From assembly GCF_009914755.1 (NCBI RefSeq), contig NC_060930.1: DNA of 64,000 nt; one strand, 5' to 3'. Origin of the DNA: the human T2T-CHM13v2.0 reference genome, Homo sapiens. Position numbers and translations under genes: made by a program. Below, in pieces: positions 48,673 to 61,819 of this stretch; position 1 is the stretch's first letter, and each line of letters opens with the position of its first letter. Below the pieces are notes generated by a model. That model saw nothing but the letters and a program-made list of their open reading frames with translations, was not told the origin of the DNA and did not search any database.

Positions 48673-50249
48673 AAAATGTCCACTTACGAAGCAAATACTT
48701 TTTAAAATTCGATGTTAATATACTTAATTCTTATGCTATTTCTTAAGAAATACAAATTTGCCTAAAGAAACTACAAAGAAATATTTAAAATATTCCAGTT
48801 CTTTTACCTACCAACAGTTATTCCTTTACAATACAAATAAAACACGTATAAATAATAAAACTAGTTTCCTACTATTTAACAAGCAATTGAAATATAAATT
48901 TGAGATACACTTTTCAGAAAAACATTCTTTTAAGCCAGCCGAATTTCAGAAAAACAGTTCTTAATGGATAATTGCTATAGCAAAGGAGGGGAAATGAAAA
49001 TTCAAAAATGAGATGGTGTTTTTGTGGTTGCTCCTTAATATTTTGCTATTTGTTTTTACAGGTCTATTCCTTCTGTGGAAATTTTTCTAATCCATTATAC
49101 TAGAGTTTCATTATGATGTTGTTCTTTGGAATCCAAGATTACATGCCCCAAGAGATTAAAACTTTAATCATTAAGAACCTTGTAGGTATTAAAACAGATC
49201 TATCTTATTTTAAGCATGAGGAAAAAAAAGTTACCATGTAGTCAAATAAAATAAAAATCTGTATCTTTCATTACTCATGTAAAGAAATTACTAAGTCTAT
49301 ACATGCTTTTTGTATTACTAACTCAAAAATACATTGATTCTCAAAGAGAAAATAAAAACAAGAAAGCAGTAATTGTGATGGTCTCAATATATAGACAAAA
49401 CTACACATTATTATTTATTATATAAACAAATATAGGTTCGCATAATGAAGGCATATTTCTAAATTACTTCATTTTTAAAATACAAAATTCATGTATGTGG
49501 AAAATGAGCAAAGAAAACAAACTATTTCACTTTGTTAAGTTTTACTTTTACCATTACACAAGGTATTTTTGTATGAAATATGATGCTATTGCTCACTAAA
49601 TAAATAAAAAGCAAAAACACTCTTTGATCAAAATCCTTCCACAAATGGAAGGACTGAGAGAATGACAGAATGCTTCTATTTGGGGATGTCGCTGCATTAA
49701 AAATTAGCAGAGACCGTCCTGGTGACAGAAATAGCACCTGCCACTAACAGTCCTGCAGAGCAGGATTTAACCTCCTAATAAGTCTATGACAGACCAAAGA
49801 AAACACTTAATTTGAGGCATCTCTTTTTCCACTCTGTTCACAATGCAGCAGTTTCCTTCAACAGCATTTGTCACAGCAAGTTACAGCTGTGCTTTCAGAA
49901 AAGAAAAGCCTAATTGCACCACGCCACAGAACTATTAAAAGCAAACCCTGAAAAATGAAAATGAACTCTCTACTCTTAAGATGTTTGGCAGAAGACTCCA
50001 AAGGTAACTCTAGAGGTATACTTCGTCAAAAATAACTAATGATATATTTAAAGTTTAATTGCTGAATCAAAATATTATTGAACAAAAAGAGAGGCAAAAT
50101 ATACACTGAAAGCTTTTATCTGTTTGTTCAGTGGTACTCCCACCATGTTCCAAAAATGATTTGAAGTCACTTACAAAATTACAGCAAGATAAATGAGAGG
50201 CAGGACGGTGGCAGAGACAGCACAGTGTAGGTGAGACATGAGGGGGCAA

Positions 50250-50465
50250 AGGCTGCAGAGCCACACAGCCGAGGTTAGAATCACCGCTCTGCCACTCGCT
50301 ATAATCCCGGTGTGGCCGTGGGCAAGTCGCTTATCCTCTCTGTGCACCCATTTCCTCATCCATAAAATAAAAATTATAATGTTTACTGCACTATGCAGAT
50401 TAATTTAACATATATAAAGCATTTAGAACAGTATCTGGCAAGCAGAAAGTTTTACAGAAACATTA
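50250..50465 (+). mobile_element. MIR
   Basis: GTGGGCAAGTCGCTTATCCTCTCTGTGCACCCATTTCCTCATCCATAAAAT core. Confidence 0.75.
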
Positions 50466-51565
50466 GCCTGAAAGGGAAAAGTAGGGAGGAGAATAGGGTA
50501 TGAATAGAAAATGGAGCTATAAATAAGGCCAATGCACACAGCTTCCTATAATGTGCAGTATATATAAGACTTGTTTTTCTTTTATTCATAGTTGCCTGTC
50601 ACACCAAGGTATACAAACACAAATTTTAAATTTGAGGCATTTATAACCACTTTATTTTTATAGGGCAGGACAGCTTTAGTATATCATATCTACACTGAGC
50701 AAATTAATTAAGCACTGTATTTATCTAGCTTGAGTTTGTCATCTTTTTCCAAAAAGGATTATGACCAATTCAAGCAATTTTTAAATCACAGAAATACTCT
50801 GCTTTGAGAACTGGGTGAAAGGTCTGTGCACATGCCCTTTAAAGATGATCCTCACAAAGAGATATGGAAGATGCCTCTGAAGCCCAAGTCCCAGCACCTC
50901 TGCCTCCCCTAAGTTCAGAGCTTGAGCCATTTCAGAGGACACCAGGAGTGCAACTAAGGTTAAACAAGCACAGCTGACCCTGAAAGTAGATTATAAAATA
51001 TTGTAAACATCTGGTTTCCCACTCTAATTTAAATATTTTAGCCAATAATTACCCAAACAATATCAATTATATTGAATGAAAAAAACACTGCAAGACTATT
51101 AAATAAAATGTGTTTTAATCTACTATTAGCAAATACTTGCTAGCATCTAAATAGACATAAGGCATTCAGGACACAAAGATGATTTCATACAATTTGGGTA
51201 TCTGATAACAAAATGATGAAAGATCATGGTCTCATTCCCTGACTCTGAAAAAAAGTAAGATTGAGTAATTTATCTACTTTTCTTTCTTCCTCCACTCTCT
51301 GTGAGATTTTAGGGTTCTAGCCATAAATGTCCGTACAAAGCATCTCTGATCAAAGGGGCAACTTTAGGGTAGAAAAATAAACACCCTGAAAGGAGTACTC
51401 CCTCAATCTCATTAATATCACAATCTCTCCCCTAAAACTTCCTGCTGACTTAATTCCAATTTTATATCCCCCTTTACTGAAGTCGGTTCAATAACATGAG
51501 GTAAACCCAAAGTCACAGGGTTTAATCAGCTGATGAAAATTTAAGAACCTTGACAAACTGCTTAC

Positions 51566-51622
51566 CTGATATTTTTTTCGCTTCCTGTAGCGCCAAACTA
51601 ATGCAAAAAGTACTTCGATACT
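51566..51622 (-). other. Candidate 57-nt exon of an unidentified minus-strand transcript
   Basis: Minus strand reads tctcactattctcctcag|AGTATC...TATCAG|gtaagc; length divisible by 3, two open frames, 3 CpGs. Confidence 0.3.
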
Positions 51623-52229
51623 CTGAGGAGAATAGTGAGACCTGTTTCTACAGCCCCTTTAATATGCCCTCTTTTGCACACAGAAGAGGCTTCATCCACT
51701 TCATGCAGATTCAGCCAATAAAGAGATTTAGAAGAGCACCCAAAAGCTGTGGCATGTGTAAGCACACTTATCTTTGTCCCTAATGTATTATTATAGGCCT
51801 ATGGTTCAATTGCATAGCAACAGCACTCTTTTGTGATTGTTCTCGTTGCTCATTATAAGCATCCTGGCAGTTTATTAACAAGCCTTATCTATGAAATAAA
51901 CAATACCATAGGAATCCCCTATCGCGTGCAGGACTGAGGTGACAGTAGTTAGCAGGAGACACTCAACAAGCCTCAAAGTTCGCAGTCGGGTTGGTCTATG
52001 TTTCCCTTAATTTCAAATTTCCTATGTTCGTAAATATATTCTAAGTAGAAGGAGAAAGCTATTTTAAATAGGCTGATTTTTTTTTTTTTTTGCTTTTTCT
52101 ATGCTCTTCAGAATATTCCTACCATATATAAAGTACAGCTTGTTAGCAATAATGTTCATATTTATGTTTAAAATTCTCTCCTGAAGATCTTTATAGTCTC
52201 TGCTAGATTATAATTTCACAATGTTCCAA

Positions 52230-52349
52230 AAACCAACTACAAATGCAGCCTCTGTGAAACCCTGGTCAAAGAACTCACCTACCAAGGAATGCCCAGACTC
52301 TTGACCCATGGAAATAGTGAGATAAATGGGTGTAGCTTTAAGCCACTTA
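52230..52349 (+). mobile_element. MLT1-type LTR 3' fragment
   Basis: GCCCAGACTCTTGACCCATGGAAATAGTGAGATAAATGGGTGTAGCTTTAAGCCACT. Confidence 0.55.
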
Positions 52350-52350
52350 A

Positions 52351-52373
52351 ACACACACACACACACACACACA
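52351..52373 (+). repeat. (AC)n microsatellite
   Basis: About 11 AC units. Confidence 0.9.
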
Positions 52374-53041
52374 AAGTAAATTAAATTTTTTTTTTAATGA
52401 GGAGGGAAAAAGAGAGGACTAAAAATACTTATAAAAAAACTAACAAGGACTACTACTTTTCACTCTGGCATCTCCCTTTCTAGTGTCTCTTCAGGTAACC
52501 TTACTGATCTAATATTATAATTTTCTTAAATGAACAAGAATAGAAATAGTTCTATTAATAAAAGCAACTTCACGACTTAAATCAACTAAGAAAATAACAT
52601 AGGCTTTCTAAAAGAATCTAAGGGCCATATGACTTTATCTTACTTTTCAGATGAAGAAGACAAAAGATGGTCATTAGATATGCAGGTTGGATGTTTGGAA
52701 AGCAATTTATGAAAATAAAACTTTTGATGGGATACTGTGGGGAAAAAAAGTTTTCTTTTGTTTGTTTTGTTTCAATAGCCTTAGCATTTTATTACAAAAC
52801 TCTATGGCAAAATATCAAGTCATATTTCCTTTGAGTATTTCTCCCCTTTGTATTCAAAACAGTACATAATTAGCCAAGTTTGTCATACTTCATTTTTTAT
52901 GAAATCATATTTTTATGTGTTAAAGGAAATCATGATGATTTCTCTAAAGGTTGCAGACACCATCCCTGGTCTCCATTATGATAAACCAATACAGGAATGG
53001 TTGTGCTACCTGGTATTTTACCTTAAAGTTCTAAAAATTTC

Positions 53042-53498
53042 TGTGGCAAGCAGAATAATAGTTCCCCAAAGATGTGCACATCCTAATCTCAGAACCCATG
53101 AATATGTTACCCTAAGTGGCAAATGGGACTTTGCAAATACGATTAAGTTAAGGATCTTGTGATGGGGAGACTAGCCTGGATTATCCAGGTGGACTCAATG
53201 TAATCAAAAGGGTTATCAAAAGAGGGAGGTGGGGAATCAGAGTGACAGAAGATGGGAAGATGAAGCAGTGGTGGAAGTGACATAGCCATGAGCCAAGGAA
53301 TGAAGCCCGTCTCTAGAAACCTGAAAATGCAAGGAAATGAATGTTCCCCAACAATGTCCAGAAGGAACACAATTTTGCTGATACCTGTAAGGTCCATTTT
53401 GAACTAATGACCTCCAGAAGTGTAAGGTAATACATTTGTGTTGTTTCAGCTACTAAGTTTGTGATTATTTGTTATAGCAACAATAGGAAACTAATACA
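53042..53498 (+). mobile_element. MLT1D-like MaLR solo LTR
   Basis: TGTGGCAAGCAGAATAAT...GGAAACTAATACA; 5-bp TSD ATTTC at 53037-53041 and 53499-53503. Confidence 0.88.
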
Positions 53499-55334
53499 AT
53501 TTCCTTCTAGGGAAAAATGCCAATTTTTTTAAAAAAACAAGGACCACTGTTATCATGAAGGGAAGGAGGGAAAGCAGGGGGGAAACTAAGGTTCAGAAGG
53601 AAAGGTTTCTGCCTCCTGGAGGCTCAGCAAAGGAAACATGGGTGTATATATAACATGGGTAATGCATACTGTTTGTATCTTTTATTATAATACATTGATC
53701 TGTGATGGCATGAGAAGTCATATGACAGACCAAATGGAGCAACAATCATTAACCTTTTCCATAGTAAACACCCCTTTTACTCCACCTCATGCTCCATCCT
53801 TCATAGCTCCAATGATTTGAAGAGTGTGTCATCTCCCAAATGAACTAAACATAATAAATAATAATTGATTTTCCTTTTTAGTAAGTATAAGACATACTGC
53901 ATTGTCAGTCAGATATATGCTGATCAACATAAAATTCAGAGTAATATAACTTCAGCCAAAAACTTAATATTCTGGCCAACTTTATTTGGGATGTTTCTGG
54001 AACACAGAAAAGGGTTCTGATCCCAAAGGTTTCAAAGTACTCTGATATGTAAACAATGTCACAGAGCAATACTATTACCTTTTAGTGAACTGCATACTTT
54101 CCATAGGAACTGGTTTCCTACCACCCCCGCCAACTGCTTTTTCCGAATTGCTGAATAAGAAAGCTTTTACTTTGATGAATAACGCATGTATACACTTAGC
54201 ACTGGGTCTGACCCTGGATCATCATTCAATCAATGTTTGTCCATTTTTCCCACCTTTACCCTTACTGACTTTTCCATCTTCAGAAAAAAAATACTACAGC
54301 AAGGGCTTATCTATACCAAGGATGACAAGTCTAGTAATGCAACTAAAACACTTCCTTTAAGCCATTTCAGAAATTTCAAATTCCTAAACTCCAAAAAGGA
54401 GCTGTCAGCACCAGAAATATTGTTCTGATACATTTTATTATTTCTCAAAATAATTCACAACATCCATCAGAAGTATATTTGAGCTCTGACACGGCTAAAA
54501 CATCTACCAGAGAGGAGAAAGAGATGGCAAACTGGGAAAAGCCGCAAAGGAAAAACATCAGTCTCTGAACTTCCAGGGTACACTGTTCCTCAACAAGGTT
54601 TGTAGATAAAATAGCTCAATGCATTAAAATATCACTACTTGTAACTTAAAGGTTCTAGAAATTACACAGAGATTTTTCATAATTTCAGTAGGTCTCTTAA
54701 GTTTAAGACCCTCCATTTTACTTAGTGAAATTATATACAACGGCATACATTGATTAGTTATAATTAGGAAAAAAGTAATTTATTAGGCCTCTTCATCCTT
54801 GTTTGAACTTAGGGAGTTTTAATAACAAAATGTCTCTAACTATATAATCAGAAACACTTTCTTTAAAAATTCAATTATTTAAAGGCAACATTAGAAAATA
54901 GCTTAGTATAAGCAAAAGGACAGGAAATATTTATGTACTTTATTAAAATGTATAAAAAATTAACAGGTACTACAATAACATTTACAGAGCCCTGCTATGT
55001 GTCAGGCACTCTGCAAGGGTTGGGTTAATGTTGCAACGAACAAAATGGACACTGTCCTTGCCTTCAATGTTTACTGGCCATTGTTAGTTCTTTTCTTATG
55101 AACTGCCTATTGAAGTCTGTGGTCTGTTTTCCTACTGAAGAGAGAATAGCTTTTCTTGTTGATTTATATAAGCATTCATATATTAAGGATAGTAACATTT
55201 TGTCATAAATAAAACTCAAATAAAATCCAAACAATTATTGAAACAAGTCATAAAATAATTCTGAACCATGAGTAATTTACTTAAAATTTATCATAGCTAC
55301 TACTGCCTCACATTCAAGAATATCTGTAACCTCA

Positions 55335-55590
55335 ACAGGCAGTATGGCAAGCTGGTTAAGAGCATAGGCTCTAGAAACAGATGGCCTGGTTTAGAATCCC
55401 AGCTCTGCCGTTTTCAAACCGTAACTTCAGGTAAGTTATTTAACCACTATGTGATTCAACTATAGCAACTGCAAAATAAGGATACTTTAAGTACCTAGTT
55501 CAAGTCATTGCTTTGAGGATGACATAATTCACAGAAAACACTTATACTATGCTTGGAAGGCAGTGTACATGTTCTGTAAGTGTTACCTGT
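55335..55590 (+). mobile_element. MIR, near full length
   Basis: GGTTAAGAGCATAGGCTCTAG...GAATCCCAGCTCTGCC...GGTAAGTTATTTAACC. Confidence 0.75.
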
Positions 55591-55593
55591 TTT

Positions 55594-56018
55594 CAGTAGT
55601 ATGCTAGAGCCAACTCATAACAACTTGAGAGTGGACTGTTGAATTTTCACAATTGTGTTAGCCAATTGTTAAGCAAAGCCTTCATTAAAAATTAAATTAC
55701 ATCAGCCTTCAATTAAATAAATTACGCCAACAACAAAGATAATAAATATTCAAAACTCATCACTTAACTAATTTCTTTACATTTGCTATTATCTTTACAC
55801 GAGTTTGTTTACATCTAGTCCATCTGTATAGTGGAAATATTGTATGATATAGATATGCTACTGCATATCTCTTCCCAACTCTGCACGCAGTGACATCAAC
55901 TTGGTCACCCGAAATCAGCCATAGTAAAAGTATTCACACCAGAAAATGAAAAACTGCTATAAAATCAAGAGTTTTTCCCCAAATAGCTGGTTGCCAAATA
56001 CTTACCAGTACATTACTG
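55594..56018 (+). mobile_element. MER63B-like hAT DNA transposon
   Basis: Degenerate TIRs CAGTAGTATGCTAG / CCAGTACATTACTG; degenerate 8-bp TSD CCTGTTTT/CCTATTAT; internal CAAAACTCATCACTT. Confidence 0.75.
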
Positions 56019-57228
56019 CCTATTATTATAGTGATTATTACAAGTTATCTCTAATTTCTTTTACTTTTAGTTTCTTTTTCACAGAAAAAAAAAAGGATGA
56101 CAAATCTAAATGTTAGTTATCTTTACTTCTTCTCCCTATACGTTGCTGTGTATACAAACTTGACTGCCAAGCTGAGGTTCCCTTTCAAAAATGTGTCCCT
56201 AAAGGACCACATACCTTTGCCTACAATTACACCAGACAGAGGCCTTGCCTTTCCAAACTGCCAAGGCCCAACAGATTCAGTATTCTTTTAAAATAACACG
56301 GCTAATCTGCCATGCTTCAATATGGAGGCCACCTTAAGGAGATAAAAGCTAAGTGCCAAACTGTCATCAGATACAGTCCACACATCTCTTAAAATTGTTT
56401 TGACCTTCTGACATTACTTAGCAACTCAAGTCAATATCAAACAGGCCCACAGTCACTCTAGCTGAAACACAAATATTAACTTTCAAAATAATGGTCAGGT
56501 ACTCCAATTACTCACTGCATGTCTTCTGTTGGGATCTAGTGCAATACATGGCATAAATAATGTGTTCAAAGGGATCAGCTAAGTACTTCGATTCATGTCA
56601 AATTCGTGGCAATGTTTACACAGCACAGAATGAAGCTTGCAAGGAAGCAAGCTGGCTGGGCCCTCAAGACTCACCCTATGTGTTCAGGACCAGGAGGTAG
56701 AAGCATACTGCATATGTCTGGGGGCTTAAAGAGTACAAGGACTTTCTCTGGGCAGCATGATTAAGTGGAAAAAGCATTAAACCAGAAATGAGAATAACTG
56801 GGCTCCAGCTCCAACTCTAGTACTAACTAGTTCTATGAGCTGAATATCTCTGAACCTAATTCTTCTCAGAAATAAAATGCAGGAGCTAAATTATACAATC
56901 TTGGCATTATGATTCTGCCCTATTATCATTCAGAATAAATGTACTGTCACTACAAAAAGAATCTTTCCTCTCTGACTGCCCTATGAAAACAGTTTTACTA
57001 AACTGATCCAAATTTAAATATCACATAGGAACATTCACATTAGTAGGAAAATATAGAAATCTGACCTATCATGTCTTAATTATCCAGCTACGACCCAACT
57101 TTAATATTTTTAGGGTTAGCTTAACACAAAGGCAAATACATGAACTCAGACTAGACTTTTTTCCCTGCTATACCATCACCAAGCTCAGTCCAGAGCTTCC
57201 ATCCAAGTCTTCCATCAAAGACTTTCAT

Positions 57229-57302
57229 CAAAGTCTTTAATATGCACTTTATCCACATGTTTATTAAGAGAGATGTGGATAGAGAGTATATTAAAGACTT
57301 TG
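57229..57302. repeat. Imperfect inverted repeat: 30-bp arms, 14-nt loop
   Basis: 57229-57258 matches the reverse complement of 57273-57302 at 27 of 30 positions. Confidence 0.92.
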
Positions 57303-57394
57303 CGGATTATAAGCCCACAACATTTCTATAGTCTATCTAATTCTAAAGAAAATTCATGCAAATTTTATGTACATGTGAATTTTATTTAAAGAGA

Positions 57395-57870
57395 AAAGGA
57401 GGACATTCTACCTCTGAGCATGATACTGACAGAGACGGGATTTATTCTCCACTGTAAATAACTAAATATACAGACACAAATTTATGAAATCACAGTTTTG
57501 GGGCAATAAACAACACACAGCACAGGGGAGTGTCATCTCTGAGAAAAGAGAAATAGACAAGGTGAGTCCTACTATTACCCTCAGCTTACTGCCTGGAGAG
57601 TTTCCAGGATATGGTACAGGAAGAAGAAACCAGGGAGGGGATGGGACGCAGGGGGAGGCAGCAGTTCTCCCTCAGGTGAAGAGACAGTTCATCTGAGGAG
57701 GTCAAGACAACTAGAATTTGCAGAGCAGAGAACCAAAAGAGACTGCACAAAAGCAAATCCCAGAGATCTGCAAGGGGTTGCATTCTTACCTGAGTACCAT
57801 GTATATGTGTGTAAAGAAACTGTATGAAGCCAGGTGAAGAACCATCAGAAAGGAGTAGGCAGAATCAAGA
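57395..57870 (+). mobile_element. Old L1M 5'-end fragment
   Basis: CAAGGTGAGTCCTACTATTACCCTCAGCTTACTGCCTGGAGAGTTTCCAGG resembles ancient L1M 5' UTRs. Confidence 0.55.
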
Positions 57871-58082
57871 GTATTGCCTCTGAAGTAAAAAGTAAAAGTT
57901 CACAGCAACAAAAATTTCCCAGATCCTCAAATAAATCATTAAAATGATAGAATAGGTAACATTAAATTTCCTGTTACCTGAAGTTGCTATATATGTGCTG
58001 ACCCTAGCAGTATACCTCTAGACCTTTTATATTTAGAGGTTCTAGAACTATATACAGCCACTTTTAAAAAAAAGCTACACTA

Positions 58083-58402
58083 TTATTTATTTATTTTTAT
58101 TTTATTTTATTTATTTATTTTTTTTTTGAGAAGGAGTCTCGTTCTGTCACCCAGGCTGGAGTGCAGTGGCGCAATCTTGGCTCACTGCAACCTCCGAATC
58201 CCGTGTTCAAGGAGAATCCTCCTGCCTCAGCCTCCCGAGTAGCTGGGACTACAGGTGCCCGCTACCAAGCCTGGCTAATTTTTTTTGTATTTTTAGTAGA
58301 GACATGATTTCACCACGTTGGCCAGGCTGGTGTCCAACTCCTGGCCTCAAGTGATCCACCTGCCTCGACCTCCCAAAGTGCTGGGATTACAGGTGGTGAG
58401 CC
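58083..58402 (-). mobile_element. AluS SINE (slightly 5'-truncated)
   Basis: Reverse Alu; TSD CTACACTAT. Confidence 0.93.
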
Positions 58403-58679
58403 TACACTATCTCTAAAGTAAACAAAGAACACCCTGGGACAACACTATTCTCTGAGTTCCCAACAAATTTCTAAGTAAGTCTGTCCGTGAATTTTGCCAT
58501 TGTTGTCTAAAGGCACACTCCTATTCTGAGCCTCCCCTCAGTATTTTTGTTCCACATGTTCCAGCACTATGTTACTTTTATCTAAATTGCATCTTTTCTC
58601 TCTAGAATTTTGTCCTTCACTATGGCAACAGTTCATTTTGCCTATCTTCCACGTAAAGAAATTATGTAGCATGAAATAA

Positions 58680-58990
<311 letters not shown>

Positions 58991-59268
58991 TGTATAATTC
59001 TTGAAAATTACAAAACTTACTTCAAACTTCATCTGCTTGGCAGTTTTTAAATTGCTGGGAGAAAATTAGTGAAGGTAGTGTACTTGACTGGAACTATTAT
59101 CTAGAGTTAGCTTGGTTAAGAAACTGAATTCAGAAAATCTTAAAAGCCCAAAACCTGCAGTAGAAATTCATTCAACCTTTTTAGAAAAAATAATTATTGA
59201 GTATTTACAATATGCCAAGCACCATGATAAGCAGCAGAAGTATTAAAAAGACTTACATAAAAAATATC

Positions 59269-60807
59269 CTCTGCCTCTGCCTCTGCCTCTCCCCACGGTC
59301 TCCCTCTCCCTCTCTTTCCACGGTCTCCCTCTGATGCCGAGTCGAAGCTGGACTGTACTGCTGCCATCTCGGCTCACTGCAACCTCCCTGCCTGATTCTC
59401 CTGCCTCAGCCTGCCGAGTGCCTGCGATTGCAGGCGCGCGCCGCCACGCCTGACTGGTTTTCGTATTTTTTTGGTGGAGACAGGGTTTCGCTTTGTTGGC
59501 CGGGCTGGTCTCCAGCTCCTAACCGCGAGTGATCCGCCAGCCTCGGCCTCTCGAGGTGCCGGGATTGCAGACGGAGTCTCGTTCACTCAGTGCTCAATGG
59601 TACCCAGGCTGGAATGCAGTGGCGTGATCTCGGCTCGCTACAACCACCTCCCAGCCACCTGCCTTGGCCTCCCAAAGAGCCGAGATTGCAGCCTCTGCCC
59701 GGCTGCCACCCCGTCTGGGAAGTGAGGAGCGTCTCTGCCTGGCTGCCCATCGTCTGGGATGTGAGGAGACCCTCTCCCTGGCTGCCCAGTCTGGAAAGTG
59801 AGGAGCGTCTCTGCCCGGCCACCATCCCATCTAGGAAATGAGGAGCGTCTCTGCCCGGCCGCCCATCGTCTGAGATGTGGGAAGCGCCTCTGCCCCGCCG
59901 CCCCGTCTGGGATGTGAGGAGCGCCTCTGACCGGCCGCGACCCCGTCTGGGAGGTGAGGAGCGTCTGTGCCCAGCTGCCCCATCTGAGAAGTGAGGAGAC
60001 CCTCTGCCTGGCAACCACCCCGTCTGAGAAGTGAGGAGTCCCTCCGCCCGGCAGCTGCCCCGTCTGAGAAGTGAGGAGCCCCTCCGTCCGGCAGCTGCCC
60101 CGTCTGAGAAGTGAGGAGCGTCTCCGCCCGGCAGCCACCCCGTCCGGGAGGGAGGTGGGGGGGTCAGCCCCCCGCCCGGCCAGCCGCCCCGTCCGGGAGG
60201 TGAGGGGTGCCTCTGCCCGGCCGCCCCTACTGGGAAGTGAGGAGCCCCTCTGCCCGGCCACCACCTGGTCTGGGAGGTGTACCCAACAGCTCATTGAGAA
60301 CGGGCCATGATGACAATGGCGGTTTTGTGGAATAGAAAGGGCGGAAAGGTGGGGAAAAGATTGAGAAATCGGATGGTTGCCGTGTCTGTGTAGAAAGAAG
60401 TAGACATGGGAGACTTTTCATTTTGTTCTGTACTAAGAAAAATTCTTCTGCCTTGGGATCCTGTTGATCTGTGACCTTACCCCCAACCCTGTGCTCTCTG
60501 AAACATGTGCTGTGTCCACTCAGGGTTAAATGGATTAAGGGTGGTGCAAGATGTGCTTTGTTAAACAGATGCTTGAAGGCAGCATGCTCGTTAAGAGTCA
60601 TCACCACTCCCTAATCTCAAGTACCCAGGGACACAAACACTGCGGAAGGCCGCAGGGTCCTCCGCCTAGGAAAACCAGAGACCTTTGTTCACTTGTTTAT
60701 CTGCTGACCTTCCCTCCACTATTGTCCTATGACCCTGCCAAATCCCCCTCTCTGGGAAACACCCAAGAATGATCAATAAATACTAAAAAAAAAAAAAAAA
60801 AAAAAAA
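59269..60807 (+). mobile_element. SVA retrotransposon (hexamer, Alu-like, VNTR, SINE-R, poly-A), probably SVA_B-D
   Basis: Hexamer head, antisense Alu-like domain, GC-rich VNTR about 59690-60285, SINE-R ending CCCAAGAATGATCAATAAA plus poly-A; putative TSD AAAAAATATC/AAAAAATTTC. Confidence 0.97.
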
Positions 60808-61819
60808 TTTCTGTAGTTTTCTAACTTGCTTTTGCAAATATCAAAAGTATTCTATCTTCTGTTTTTATAAACAAATATGCAACTTGCTTTTCTCTAATCT
60901 CCCTACTATTTCCATATCATCTCTTAGTATCAGGTATTTCCTGACAACTGTGGGGTTAATTTCTATTACAATTCGCAGAAAAAGAAGTTGTACTATATAG
61001 GACTAAAACTTCTTGATCCCTACTGTCAGATAATTAAAACTGTGAAACAAGATAATGGGTACAGAACACACTGGGCTCACCAGGTAAAGGGTTTAAGAAA
61101 GTGGCTCTTAGAGTACTTCATTTGTACTGCATATACAGCACCTTAATTGTCCTGTGACAAACCATGCTGGTTTTCCCCAACAGACTGAGATCTCCTAAAG
61201 GAAAGCAACATCATCTTTTTTCATCTTTGTATATGTCATGGCACTCAATAACACTATATATAATTTATTAAATAAATGAATGAAAAAAGTAAAGTTAGAT
61301 AAGAAACAAAACAAACGGATCCTTTGGCTTAGGATGGCCCTTCTTAGGGACCAATATTACACATGTCTGAATTATGCAAGGCAGTGTCTTCTCATCCCAC
61401 TGTACTTTGCCTAGAAAGACAGCCTGCAAGTGTATGATCAAATCAGACACTGAAAATAATAGCTAGGGCCATAATGGCCCACCTCAGCCATAAATGACCA
61501 CACAAACAATAAGTCTATAAATTGTTTATGAAAGTACCAGATGGTCTATTAAGTCAATGTCACTTAATACCCACAATGTTGCTTATAAATTATACCTGTC
61601 AGAATCACATGGAAGAAGCTTTTCTCAAAAACTGGCAATATTTTATATGCATGAAAATATTTAATAATTTTATTATTTTAAACTTTCTACTTTATTTGTG
61701 GTGGTATTTATATTTATTATAGAAGTAATAAATATGTTTTAAAATGTCAAATTCAGAGATGAAAAGAAAACTTGTTCTTGAGAGCTAACCACTCTTAAGT
61801 TTGGTTTCTCTATTTTCAT

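Noticed and set aside
49634-49653. 8-bp perfect hairpin TCCTTCCA-CAAA-TGGAAGGA
   Set aside because: Too short to distinguish from chance.
51608-56592. AAGTACTTCGAT occurs twice
   Set aside because: Repeated 12-mers are expected by chance in 64 kb.
59374-60772. Stacked ORFs up to 218 aa in several frames
   Set aside because: They come from the GC-rich, stop-poor SVA VNTR and SINE-R.
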